The translations under genes were made by a program, and so were the position numbers. Shown here piece after piece: positions 35,349-42,852 of a stretch of DNA of 62,124 nt. The stretch spans positions 1 to 62,124 of the IMG/VR virus record IMGVR_UViG_2710723518_000006. One strand, written 5' to 3'. The notes under the pieces were generated by a model. The model did not search any database. It saw nothing but the letters and a program-made list of their open reading frames with translations, and was not told the origin of the DNA. This stretch comes from a virus. Position 1 is the first letter of the stretch; every line of letters starts with the position of its first letter.

Positions 35349-37727
35349 TTACTTCACCACGTAAGGCATGAATGAACTCGTGCCGACGTTCGACGCGAGA
35401 CGGCAAGCGTAGGAAATTGCGTCGCAATTATGAACGAGTATGCCTGAAGAGAAGTATTCGTGATTGCCTTCAATCGTTAGATTGTAAACGACATGCCGCC
35501 CTGGCAAGATTGCTGGCAATTCTACCGCATGCACGCGAACAATTCTTTTGCTTTGCATACCGGCTGACAGAAAACACTTTTCCGCATGTTGCGCATATTC
35601 TGTTTTCGTTGTCGATCTTTGATTTACGACGTGACCTGAGACTGCATTTTCCTGAGCAAAACTTGCTCTTGCCAACATATTCATGACAGTAGTCTTTTCC
35701 GCATTCTGAGCATATGGCGCAACGACGTATTGCTTTTCCAAATCCGTGTTGTTTTGCATGACGCCGATGCCATTCTTTTCCCTCTGCTGATTGATGCCAT
35801 GCGACAGTAAGGTGACGTATCTTAGCAAGATGCTGCAAAGCTTTTGTTGTGGCGTAGTCTCCTCGCTCGCCATGAACCTTATGATGTTTTTCCGACGATA
35901 CACATTCAAGATTTGATATATCGTTGTTAAGGAAGTCTCCATCTTTATGATGGATATGGCATCCGTCAGGAATAGGGCCGTAATGAGATTTCCAGATTTC
36001 CTGATGAAGGTGCTGAATGCCTCTTTTAACGTGCCCGCCATGCGGCCGATAATATCTTCGATATGCCTCTTGTTTTGCTTCGGGATATCTCCGGAAGACA
36101 ATGCCGTTAAAAACGATTGATTCTGATTTAGCTCCTGATTTCCACATGGCACCATTGTATCTTCGTAAGAGATAGCGTCGAGTGGTATCCATCCACGATC
36201 AAGAGAAAATACGGGATGGTTTCTGGTCCCAACAAGTTCCATGCCGTTTGATAGTCGCACGCGACACACGGTTGCAGAATGGCTAGTTATTCCAGATGCG
36301 ACTACCTTTCTTGTTCCTGATCTTGTCGTAACAAAATCCCCTACGCGAATCGTGTCGATGCGACGTGGACCGCTCGGCGTACTGATTAGTGTATCCGCTA
36401 CAAAACATTGGTCATCGTGTGATCCGTCCGGAAACGCCAACAACTCCCTCTCAAATTCTGGCACCCACGCGGCATCTTTTGGTAGCCATACCTTCCCCTG
36501 CTCAAACTTTACCGACGCCGCCTGTGCCCGCACGATCTTGTCGCCCTTCGGATGGATCGGCCGGACCTGAACGCCCTGCCGATTAAGCAACTGAATCATG
36601 GCCCGCTGGTACGCCACGTCCTCGACCCCGACCCATTGCAGCCCGTACTCATTGACCAACGCCTTGATTCTCTCCAGCGTCTCCGGTGCCCCGATGCGGC
36701 CGCGGTAGCAGTGCCGGATGATGAGCGTCCCGGTACTGTCGTGCTCGCAGCACAGGATAACCGTGTAATCCGCCGACGTCGATTCGCTCACAGCCAGATC
36801 GACTACGCCGAACGGCAGGAACGAGCGTTGCGGGACGATGTTCGGACCAAGGATGTATTGCTGTTCCTGTGCCCGCCATGATTGGAACCATTCGCGCTTG
36901 AAAATGTTGCCGTCCGCCACCACGTCCCAATCGCCGTCGAGCAATTGCGCCCGCGTGATGTGGTCGAGGTGGCCCAGAGCCTGGACGTATTCCTCTTGGT
37001 CAAGGAACGGATTGTCACGCAGGCCGGCGGGAACGAATGTTCTCTTTAGACCAGGGTCAACGATGAATCGCTGTTTCACCCAGTCGTTGCCAATACCTCC
37101 AGGATTGCTTGCTGACAACATCCTGATAGGTATGCGACTCCCTTCAAGGCGACGGAGCCGACTGAACAAATATAGGTAATCCTCTTCTTTGAACTGCGTT
37201 AGCTCATCAAACACAACGGTCTGACATTCCATGCCTTGATAGCGGTAACGGTCGTTTCGCTGGTCGAGGTATCCGAACGTGATCGTTGCTCCGCTTGGGA
37301 ACCGCCAACGCTTGTCTGTCCCATTCCATGTCGCTCCGGACCCTTGCAGCCAATCGTGCGAGCGATCCATCAATGCCCCTGGCAATGCCAAGTCTGCATA
37401 AGTACGACGGAAGAGAATTGCGGAGTAATTAGGATGATGAACGTACTGCAAAACAGACATTAAAAGAACATCACTTTTCCCGGAACCTGCTGAACCTCCG
37501 TACAGTATTTCAGTGCTGTCCGTTCTTAGGAATGCCGTTTGCTTTGCCGTTGGTCGGTGTGGGCAGAATGGGATGATCGGCCGCGTGTCCATTGCTCGGA
37601 GCAACGTCGATAGTCTGTCCGTGTTGCCCGTCTTCAAGCAGGAGTCGATCGAGTTCCTCAAGAGCGATCGCTGCTTGCTCGGCAACGCCTTCAACGCTTC
37701 CCGGAGTTCCCGCCTCAACGTGGACAT
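35349..37727 (-). CDS. terL: Terminase large subunit, interrupted by an intein; start uncertain (ATG 37727 or 37592, GTG 37763)
   Basis: Walker A GGSAGSGKSD. The nuclease motif DGSHDDQ|...|CDAISYA is split by the intein. Third-position G/C is high in this frame upstream of 37600. Confidence 0.85.
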   Translation of the reverse strand: MSTLRRELREALKALPSKQRSLLRNSIDSCLKTGNTDRLSTLLRAMDTRPIIPFCPHRPTAKQTAFLRTDSTEILYGGSAGSGKSDVLLMSVLQYVHHPNYSAILFRRTYADLALPGALMDRSHDWLQGSGATWNGTDKRWRFPSGATITFGYLDQRNDRYRYQGMECQTVVFDELTQFKEEDYLYLFSRLRRLEGSRIPIRMLSASNPGGIGNDWVKQRFIVDPGLKRTFVPAGLRDNPFLDQEEYVQALGHLDHITRAQLLDGDWDVVADGNIFKREWFQSWRAQEQQYILGPNIVPQRSFLPFGVVDLAVSESTSADYTVILCCEHDSTGTLIIRHCYRGRIGAPETLERIKALVNEYGLQWVGVEDVAYQRAMIQLLNRQGVQVRPIHPKGDKIVRAQAASVKFEQGKVWLPKDAAWVPEFERELLAFPDGSHDDQCFVADTLISTPSGPRRIDTIRVGDFVTTRSGTRKVVASGITSHSATVCRVRLSNGMELVGTRNHPVFSLDRGWIPLDAISYEDTMVPCGNQELNQNQSFLTALSSGDIPKQNKRHIEDIIGRMAGTLKEAFSTFIRKSGNLITALFLTDAISIIKMETSLTTIYQILNVYRRKNIIRFMASEETTPQQKLCSILLRYVTLLSHGINQQREKNGIGVMQNNTDLEKQYVVAPYAQNAEKTTVMNMLARASFAQENAVSGHVVNQRSTTKTEYAQHAEKCFLSAGMQSKRIVRVHAVELPAILPGRHVVYNLTIEGNHEYFSSGILVHNCDAISYACRLASNVGTSSFMPYVVK
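35427..36407 (-). mobile_element. Hint-type intein (327 codons) in TerL
   Basis: It starts CFVADTLISTP, has GTRNHPVF (block B), and ends VYNLTIEGNHEYFSSGILVHN followed by the extein Cys. It is AT-rich. Confidence 0.85.
35470..36192 (-). CDS. HNH endonuclease ORF nested in the intein but in a different reading frame from TerL
   Basis: 240-aa ORF with its own ATG and TGA. HIHHKDGDFLNNDISNLECVSSEKHHKVH plus CxxC...CxxC. Its frame offset to TerL is 2 nt. Confidence 0.75.
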   Translation of the reverse strand: MDTTRRYLLRRYNGAMWKSGAKSESIVFNGIVFRRYPEAKQEAYRRYYRPHGGHVKRGIQHLHQEIWKSHYGPIPDGCHIHHKDGDFLNNDISNLECVSSEKHHKVHGERGDYATTKALQHLAKIRHLTVAWHQSAEGKEWHRRHAKQHGFGKAIRRCAICSECGKDYCHEYVGKSKFCSGKCSLRSRRKSKIDNENRICATCGKVFSVSRYAKQKNCSRACGRIASNLARAACRLQSND

Positions 37728-38136
37728 GGCTGTGGACGTGCTGGTGGAGTTCTGGTTGTTCACCTTTACCCGCCTTTTCCTTGTCGAGTTCCAGCCGCTC
37801 GCGGTCCATTTCGAGTTTTGCGATCGCGGCCGGAACCCGCATGGCCGCCCCGTAGTCGCGTGCCGATCCGTCCTGGACCGCCTGGGCGCCGAGCCGGAAC
37901 GCACCGGCCAGAACTTTCGCCGCCTGTTCCTCCGTCACGACGCCGCAAGAGAGAATCCGGGCCGCCAGCCGGGCGTCCTGTTTGGTTCTGTGCGGGTCGA
38001 ATAGCTCGCCCGTCCCGCCCATGCCGTCTGGCATCGGCGGCGGTTTCGGCAATGCCGCCAGTTCGGCCGCGTGCGGCGCGTTCACCTTCTGGTGCGCGGC
38101 TTTCTTGTTGCGGCGTTTTTGGCGTTTAGATGCCAT
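37510..38136 (-). CDS. Putative small terminase/packaging accessory protein (position-based only); its 3' part overlaps TerL
   Basis: MASKRQKRRNKKAAH... lies directly upstream of TerL. No family recognised. Confidence 0.4.
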   Translation of the reverse strand: MASKRQKRRNKKAAHQKVNAPHAAELAALPKPPPMPDGMGGTGELFDPHRTKQDARLAARILSCGVVTEEQAAKVLAGAFRLGAQAVQDGSARDYGAAMRVPAAIAKLEMDRERLELDKEKAGKGEQPELHQHVHSHVHVEAGTPGSVEGVAEQAAIALEELDRLLLEDGQHGQTIDVAPSNGHAADHPILPTPTNGKANGIPKNGQH

Positions 38137-38240
38137 TGGTCTTTGCCTTATCGAGTATGTCCGTCTTGATTACTTCCGCAATCGCCATCATCATTACGGG
38201 CGGAACACTATTACCGAGTCGTTCCCATTGCTGTGCGAAA
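38126..38240 (-). pseudogene. Orphan 3' fragment of a C5 cytosine methyltransferase gene (motif X)
   Basis: MFYDFAQQWERLGNSVPPVMMMAIAEVIKTDIL lies immediately after the HNH stop. It is AT-rich, and no motifs I-VIII are nearby. Confidence 0.55.
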
Positions 38241-38771
38241 TCATAAAACATGCGACCATCCTCCATTGGTATCAGCATTGACGACGCGACCAACAGTTGA
38301 TTTCCCGACTCCAACTGCTGCGGCAATATCTTCATACTTCTGTCCTTCAGCCCGTCGCTTCCTGATCTCCCGTACCTTTTCGTCCGTGAGCCTAGAAAGA
38401 TGATGAGACTCTCCGACAGGTGGCCGTTTTCTGACTCTAGCGATTCTTGCCGCAGCTTCGGTACGATGATTTTGTGACCATGAACGAACCTTGGCGCTCA
38501 TATCCTTCATGTTGTTAGTCTGTGTACCGATGAATAAGCATGACGGATTGACACATGCAGGGTTGTCGCATTTGTGGAGAACGTACAGATTATCGGGTAT
38601 TGATCCTACAAACAATTCCCATGACACCCGATGAGCGCTTCGGTAACGCCCGCCGCTAAGATAAACCATACCGTAACCGCTTTTGGATTTTTTCCCCCGC
38701 CAGATCCAACAGCTATCCGTTTTAAGAATCTTGTCGAGAAATCTTTCCGCAAACGGCTTGAATCTTGGCAT
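38241..38771 (-). CDS. HNH homing endonuclease (HNH_3 type) with C-terminal HTH; AT-rich cassette
   Basis: SAHRVSWELFVGSIPDNLYVLHKCDNPACVNPSCLFIGTQTNN. SD AAGGAGG lies upstream. Confidence 0.85.
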   Translation of the reverse strand: MPRFKPFAERFLDKILKTDSCWIWRGKKSKSGYGMVYLSGGRYRSAHRVSWELFVGSIPDNLYVLHKCDNPACVNPSCLFIGTQTNNMKDMSAKVRSWSQNHRTEAAARIARVRKRPPVGESHHLSRLTDEKVREIRKRRAEGQKYEDIAAAVGVGKSTVGRVVNADTNGGWSHVL

Positions 38772-38853
38772 AATGTCCTCCTTAAAAGTACACTATACCA
38801 TAGTTTCCCATTTGTGTCTAGGTGCCGTTCGTTCCTGCCAGTTACGGAAACCG

Positions 38854-39411
38854 TCACTTGCCACCACTCCATTGGAACCCACAATGCGGGCAAGTATGCT
38901 CCACCTCGATATTCTCGTCAACTTTCTTGAAGTCCTCCGGAGCATACTTAGCATCTGGCGGCACGATCCCCGCATCTTCCGCCATCCCCGCGACCAATTC
39001 CGCCAACGCCTCATCGCCCGTGTCGATCTCGCGAATCAGCGCATCGAGTTCCGCCGCGCCCGTCTCGGCCAGCGCAGCGATCGGGTCGAACGTGGCCAGC
39101 ACAAGATCCGCTTCCGCCTGCGTCAGGTCGACCACCAGGACCGGCACTTCCTGGTCCGGTGTCGTCTCGGCGCGGAGGTGTCCGTCCAGGAGAACATAAC
39201 CAGCGTCCGTCTCGCGAACCATCAGTGCATCGACGTAGCCGACTTCGCGAAGGATTCCGGCCATCGCGGCCCGTTGCTTCTCTCCGTGCTTCCTCCAGTT
39301 CTTTTCGTTGGGAATCAGCATCCCAGCCTTGACCCGCCGGAAGTCGACAATCCGGTCCCGGATGGCCGGGACGGTAGGATCGGCCGGCTCGGGTTGCTTC
39401 TTCTTCGCCAT
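38854..39411 (-). CDS. ParB-like nuclease domain protein with C-terminal zinc ribbon
   Basis: LIPNEKNWRKHGEKQRAAMAGILREVGYVDALMVRETDAGYVLLDGHLRAE, and CPHCGF at the end. Confidence 0.8.
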   Translation of the reverse strand: MAKKKQPEPADPTVPAIRDRIVDFRRVKAGMLIPNEKNWRKHGEKQRAAMAGILREVGYVDALMVRETDAGYVLLDGHLRAETTPDQEVPVLVVDLTQAEADLVLATFDPIAALAETGAAELDALIREIDTGDEALAELVAGMAEDAGIVPPDAKYAPEDFKKVDENIEVEHTCPHCGFQWSGGK

Positions 39412-39860
39412 CACTTCGCCCCCACCGCGTTCCCACTCGCCTCTTGCACCGTATCCGCCTGCGTCGCCCCGCACCGCTTGCACTTCCCGCACCGGTCCCA
39501 GCGATGCCGACCCACGCACCGCGGCGGTTGTTCCTTGATCTTGGATTCGCCGAACTCGTGGCAACCACACCAGCAATGCGATGGGACGACCGGAAACGAA
39601 ACCAATGGCTCACCGATCTGGGCCGCGATCATCCCGTTACGGTACATGCTGTCCGGCTCGTCATGATCGCGTCGGCCGGGGTTGCGTCCTTCGAGCAATA
39701 CGAACATTTGCGGCGACGTGGCCCGGCATTCGCCGAGTTTGCTATCGACGTTCGCATTGATGAACTTTGCATTTTCATTGTAGACCGGCTGCCAGAAGCG
39801 GCAGTTGCCGCACGTCGGCTTGCGTTCGCTGCCGTTGCTGTTGGGTTCCGCTGTCACCAT
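39411..39860 (-). CDS. Hypothetical Cys-rich protein
   Basis: SD GGGAGG then ATG at 39860. CGNCRFW...CWCGCHEF...CGKCKRCG. Confidence 0.5.
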   Translation of the reverse strand: MVTAEPNSNGSERKPTCGNCRFWQPVYNENAKFINANVDSKLGECRATSPQMFVLLEGRNPGRRDHDEPDSMYRNGMIAAQIGEPLVSFPVVPSHCWCGCHEFGESKIKEQPPRCVGRHRWDRCGKCKRCGATQADTVQEASGNAVGAK

Positions 39861-39871
39861 GTACCGCCTCC

Positions 39872-40669
39872 CTACGAACTCCGCTTCGTCGCCCTAAACC
39901 GCGTCTGCGTGAACAATTTCCGGACGATCCCGACCTCCTGGTCCCATTGCTTTTCCGGCCCGATCGCTTGGACCCGCTCCGTACATGTCTCACCGCAAAG
40001 CTCGTGCGTCATCCAATAATACGCATCATCCAGGTGCCGGCAGAAATGGAACGGGTAGACGTAGCATGACGGGAACCCCTTCGATCCGAGCAGGAGTTGG
40101 TAGTCCGTCCAGCCGGAACGCATCTTGCCGGACACCTGCAAGAATCCATGCTTGCGCACCAGCCCCAACGGCAACAGGTAGCAGCATCCGCCGACGTGCG
40201 TTTGGATCAGGACGCCATACGGCCAGCCGTTGTGGATGTTGTGCCGGTACTCGCCGATCGGCATTCGGTCGATCGTCTTGGGCGAGAAGTGCAACGCCGA
40301 CACGGCCCCAAGCTGTAACGGAAACGACTCGTGGATTCGCCGTGCGTGCCACCAGAAGCCATGAGGGATGATCGTGTCGTTGTCGACCTTGCCGACGAAT
40401 TGGTAGTTCTCTGCGATCGCCCATTGCCAAAACGTGTTCGTCACTTCGGAGAGCGTATCGTTGTGGTCATTACGGACCACGATCGTCCGGCAACGCAGCT
40501 TCGTGGCCGTCTCCAGAAACAGGTCATGTATCTCCGTCCCGTCGCTCGCGTTGTCGACCAGGTACAGGTCGATCCGTTCGGTAAGCGATTCGACCAGGGC
40601 CGCGAGCGATTGCCGCGTGAACCCCGGCCGGCCATGAGCGATGAACAGGATTGCGGAACGTCCGTTCAA
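39872..40669 (-). CDS. Glycosyltransferase-like protein (GT2/GT-A fold)
   Basis: The probable TTG start at 40669 (SD GGAGG) overlaps the upstream TGA. AILFIAHGRPGFTRQSLAALVES...YLVDNASDGT...KVDNDT. Confidence 0.6.
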   Translation of the reverse strand: MNGRSAILFIAHGRPGFTRQSLAALVESLTERIDLYLVDNASDGTEIHDLFLETATKLRCRTIVVRNDHNDTLSEVTNTFWQWAIAENYQFVGKVDNDTIIPHGFWWHARRIHESFPLQLGAVSALHFSPKTIDRMPIGEYRHNIHNGWPYGVLIQTHVGGCCYLLPLGLVRKHGFLQVSGKMRSGWTDYQLLLGSKGFPSCYVYPFHFCRHLDDAYYWMTHELCGETCTERVQAIGPEKQWDQEVGIVRKLFTQTRFRATKRSS

Positions 40670-41490
40670 GCGACAGCCTCCATTCCCTCCAGGCAAATGA
40701 CCGGCTTTCCGGCCAACCGCTTGATCTCTTTCGCTTGCGGCCGACTCGATTCGACGAACAACTTCGCGGCATCCAGTTCGCGGTAAATCCCGCCCTTCCA
40801 TGTCCCGTGGCCGGCTGCCCACAGTTCCGCCTTGCGCTCGAAGGGAGCCATGATGAGCTGCGTGAACTTGACGCCGTGCTGACGCAGCCATTCCGCTGTT
40901 GCGGTCCGATAGCGTTCCAGCCGAGCCGTCACAATCGCATAAATCGGCACGGTCGGAAGGTGGAACGGCGTCGCGTTCGGCAACCATGCCTCGTACTTAG
41001 CGTCATCGGCAATCGCGGCCGGCGGCGGATCAAGGCACAAGATGCCGTCCATATCGAGGCACGCCGTCGCCATGTTGCCAGCATGGAACAGGTTCCACTC
41101 GAAGGCCCGCGGACCCTGGACCACGCGATACCAGCGGTCGACTTTCGTGACGCGCGACTCGTGCGACGGATAGACTGCCGCATACTCGAAGCGGATCGTC
41201 GATCCAGAGTAGCGGGCATGAATCCACGACTTCATCCGCTCCATCGACTTGCCGCTGTCCAGCGAATCGTCGACGACCAGAACCCGCTCCAACAGCCTCT
41301 TGCTGCAACGGTTGCTCGTGCCTGATTCGAGTCCGGAATACAGGATCGGGATGTTCCGCTGCAAGGCGATCATTGACGCGGGAATGATGCCGCTGCGTGG
41401 CACGCCGATTACCGCGTCGATATCACGCGGCAATCGTGAGCACCAGTCGGTCACGTCCTTCGCAAGCTGGGCGTAGGAGACGAAGTTCAT
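40666..41490 (-). CDS. Fusion of a type I phosphoribosyltransferase domain and a HAD-type phosphatase/nucleotidase domain
   Basis: AVIGVPRSGIIPA...VLVVDDSLDSGKSM (PRT), then ACLDMDGILC (HAD motif I) ...IVTAR... Confidence 0.7.
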   Translation of the reverse strand: MNFVSYAQLAKDVTDWCSRLPRDIDAVIGVPRSGIIPASMIALQRNIPILYSGLESGTSNRCSKRLLERVLVVDDSLDSGKSMERMKSWIHARYSGSTIRFEYAAVYPSHESRVTKVDRWYRVVQGPRAFEWNLFHAGNMATACLDMDGILCLDPPPAAIADDAKYEAWLPNATPFHLPTVPIYAIVTARLERYRTATAEWLRQHGVKFTQLIMAPFERKAELWAAGHGTWKGGIYRELDAAKLFVESSRPQAKEIKRLAGKPVICLEGMEAVA

Positions 41491-41804
41491 TTGTCCTCCA
41501 TGAAGGGAGGACCTAAAACGCAATGATCCGTCAACGGCTGATCCCATACCATGCGGGTGATGATGTCCCGGCAGCTATCGCAGACAGGATGATCGGTCGG
41601 CAAGCGTTCGGTCTCGCGGCAGATAAGGCAGGGACGATTGAGTGTTCTCTTAACCTCTCGCAGTCGCTGGTTTTCGCAACGTAGATCGTCGATATATGCG
41701 ATGATTTGTCCCATCATCGAGTTTGGTTGGTTGTGATAACGCAAGTCATCAAGCGTCAACTGTGCGTCACCGAACACCCGCTCGCCTTTGCTGTTCCTCG
41801 CCAC
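41487..41804 (-). CDS. Hypothetical protein with Cys pairs
   Basis: GTG start overlapping the upstream TAG. CLICRE...CDSCRD. Confidence 0.45.
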   Translation of the reverse strand: MARNSKGERVFGDAQLTLDDLRYHNQPNSMMGQIIAYIDDLRCENQRLREVKRTLNRPCLICRETERLPTDHPVCDSCRDIITRMVWDQPLTDHCVLGPPFMEDK

Positions 41805-42334
41805 TACTTTACCCCCTTTATCCCTAAGTTAATCCACCCATGATTTTCCGCTCGCGGCGTCGTCAATGGCTTGATCTCCGAGAACTCCGCCCGCCGCAAG
41901 CATTTCTCCAGGTGCTCTGCCGAAAACGCGGCCCGATGCCAATTCTGTTGATCGGGCTTCGAATACGCGAACAACCGTCCCTGCATCCACGTCCAAGGGT
42001 CGTTGTCCGGGTTCGACTCCCGCCATTTCTCCTCAACGGGAATAAAACCTTGTATGGCGCAACGAATGATCTTGCGAGCATCCGGCACCCATACCTCCAG
42101 CGATCCGCCGAACCGCAAGATTCTCCTCAAGTCCTTCAGGACCGCAACTGTTTTTCGCCAGTCTACATGCTCCAAAATGTGAGAGGCGTAAATCAGATCG
42201 AATGACCCATCCGGGAACGGCATCCGCTGTTCGATATCGTGAACATGATCGACGTTCGGGCGCTTCACGCAATCAAGCGTGACCCATTCCGGGCCGATGC
42301 GGTCCTTGCCGGGTCCGATCTCAAGACATTGCAT
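41804..42334 (-). CDS. Class I SAM-dependent methyltransferase
   Basis: MQCLEIGPGKDRIG...FDLIYASHILEHV...LKDLRRILRFGGSLEVWVP. Confidence 0.75.
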   Translation of the reverse strand: MQCLEIGPGKDRIGPEWVTLDCVKRPNVDHVHDIEQRMPFPDGSFDLIYASHILEHVDWRKTVAVLKDLRRILRFGGSLEVWVPDARKIIRCAIQGFIPVEEKWRESNPDNDPWTWMQGRLFAYSKPDQQNWHRAAFSAEHLEKCLRRAEFSEIKPLTTPRAENHGWINLGIKGVK

Positions 42335-42642
42335 TATGTGCGATACCTCGCCACGCATGGCATCCGCCACGCCCCATTGATTCCCGACTGGTCGAGCGTG
42401 ATCTCCAGGAAGTAATTCTCCCGATCGACCAGGGCGAGCGTCTCCGGCAAGTGCCCGCTGTACGTTCCGCTTCCGTCATGGCTCAGTGCAACCGGCGAGC
42501 CTACCGCTACGTCATCCGCGTCGTAAAGCTGCATCGAAACGGTTGCGATCGTCAAGGCTGCGCCGCCCGGTCCGTTCGTCGCGTCCTCGACGATGACCGT
42601 GGTATCGTTGTCGATGTAGAGGACATCCTTTTTCTTTTCCAT
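42334..42642 (-). CDS. Hypothetical protein
   Basis: SD GAGGA then ATG at 42642. Confidence 0.5.
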   Translation of the reverse strand: MEKKKDVLYIDNDTTVIVEDATNGPGGAALTIATVSMQLYDADDVAVGSPVALSHDGSGTYSGHLPETLALVDRENYFLEITLDQSGINGAWRMPCVARYRT

Positions 42643-42654
42643 GCAGCAGTCCTC

Positions 42655-42852
42655 TCAATCGCACTCGTTGATTTCGATGGTCGCTGATACGCGCGGCCTG
42701 ATCGTCACGCCCGATACGTCGACGCGCGGCCGGATCGTGATATCCGCTGAGACTCGCGGCCGGATGATGATAGTCGCGCAGACGCCGCCAGGGGGCTTGC
42801 CACCCATGATCCGGTATAACCACCATGCAATCGATCCGAACCCGCCAGGCAT
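42655..42852 (-). CDS. Small protein with three (I/T)IRPRV repeats
   Basis: IIIRPRVSADITIRPRVDVSGVTIRPRVSA. Its start overlaps the fibre gene stop. Confidence 0.4.
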   Translation of the reverse strand: MPGGFGSIAWWLYRIMGGKPPGGVCATIIIRPRVSADITIRPRVDVSGVTIRPRVSATIEINECD

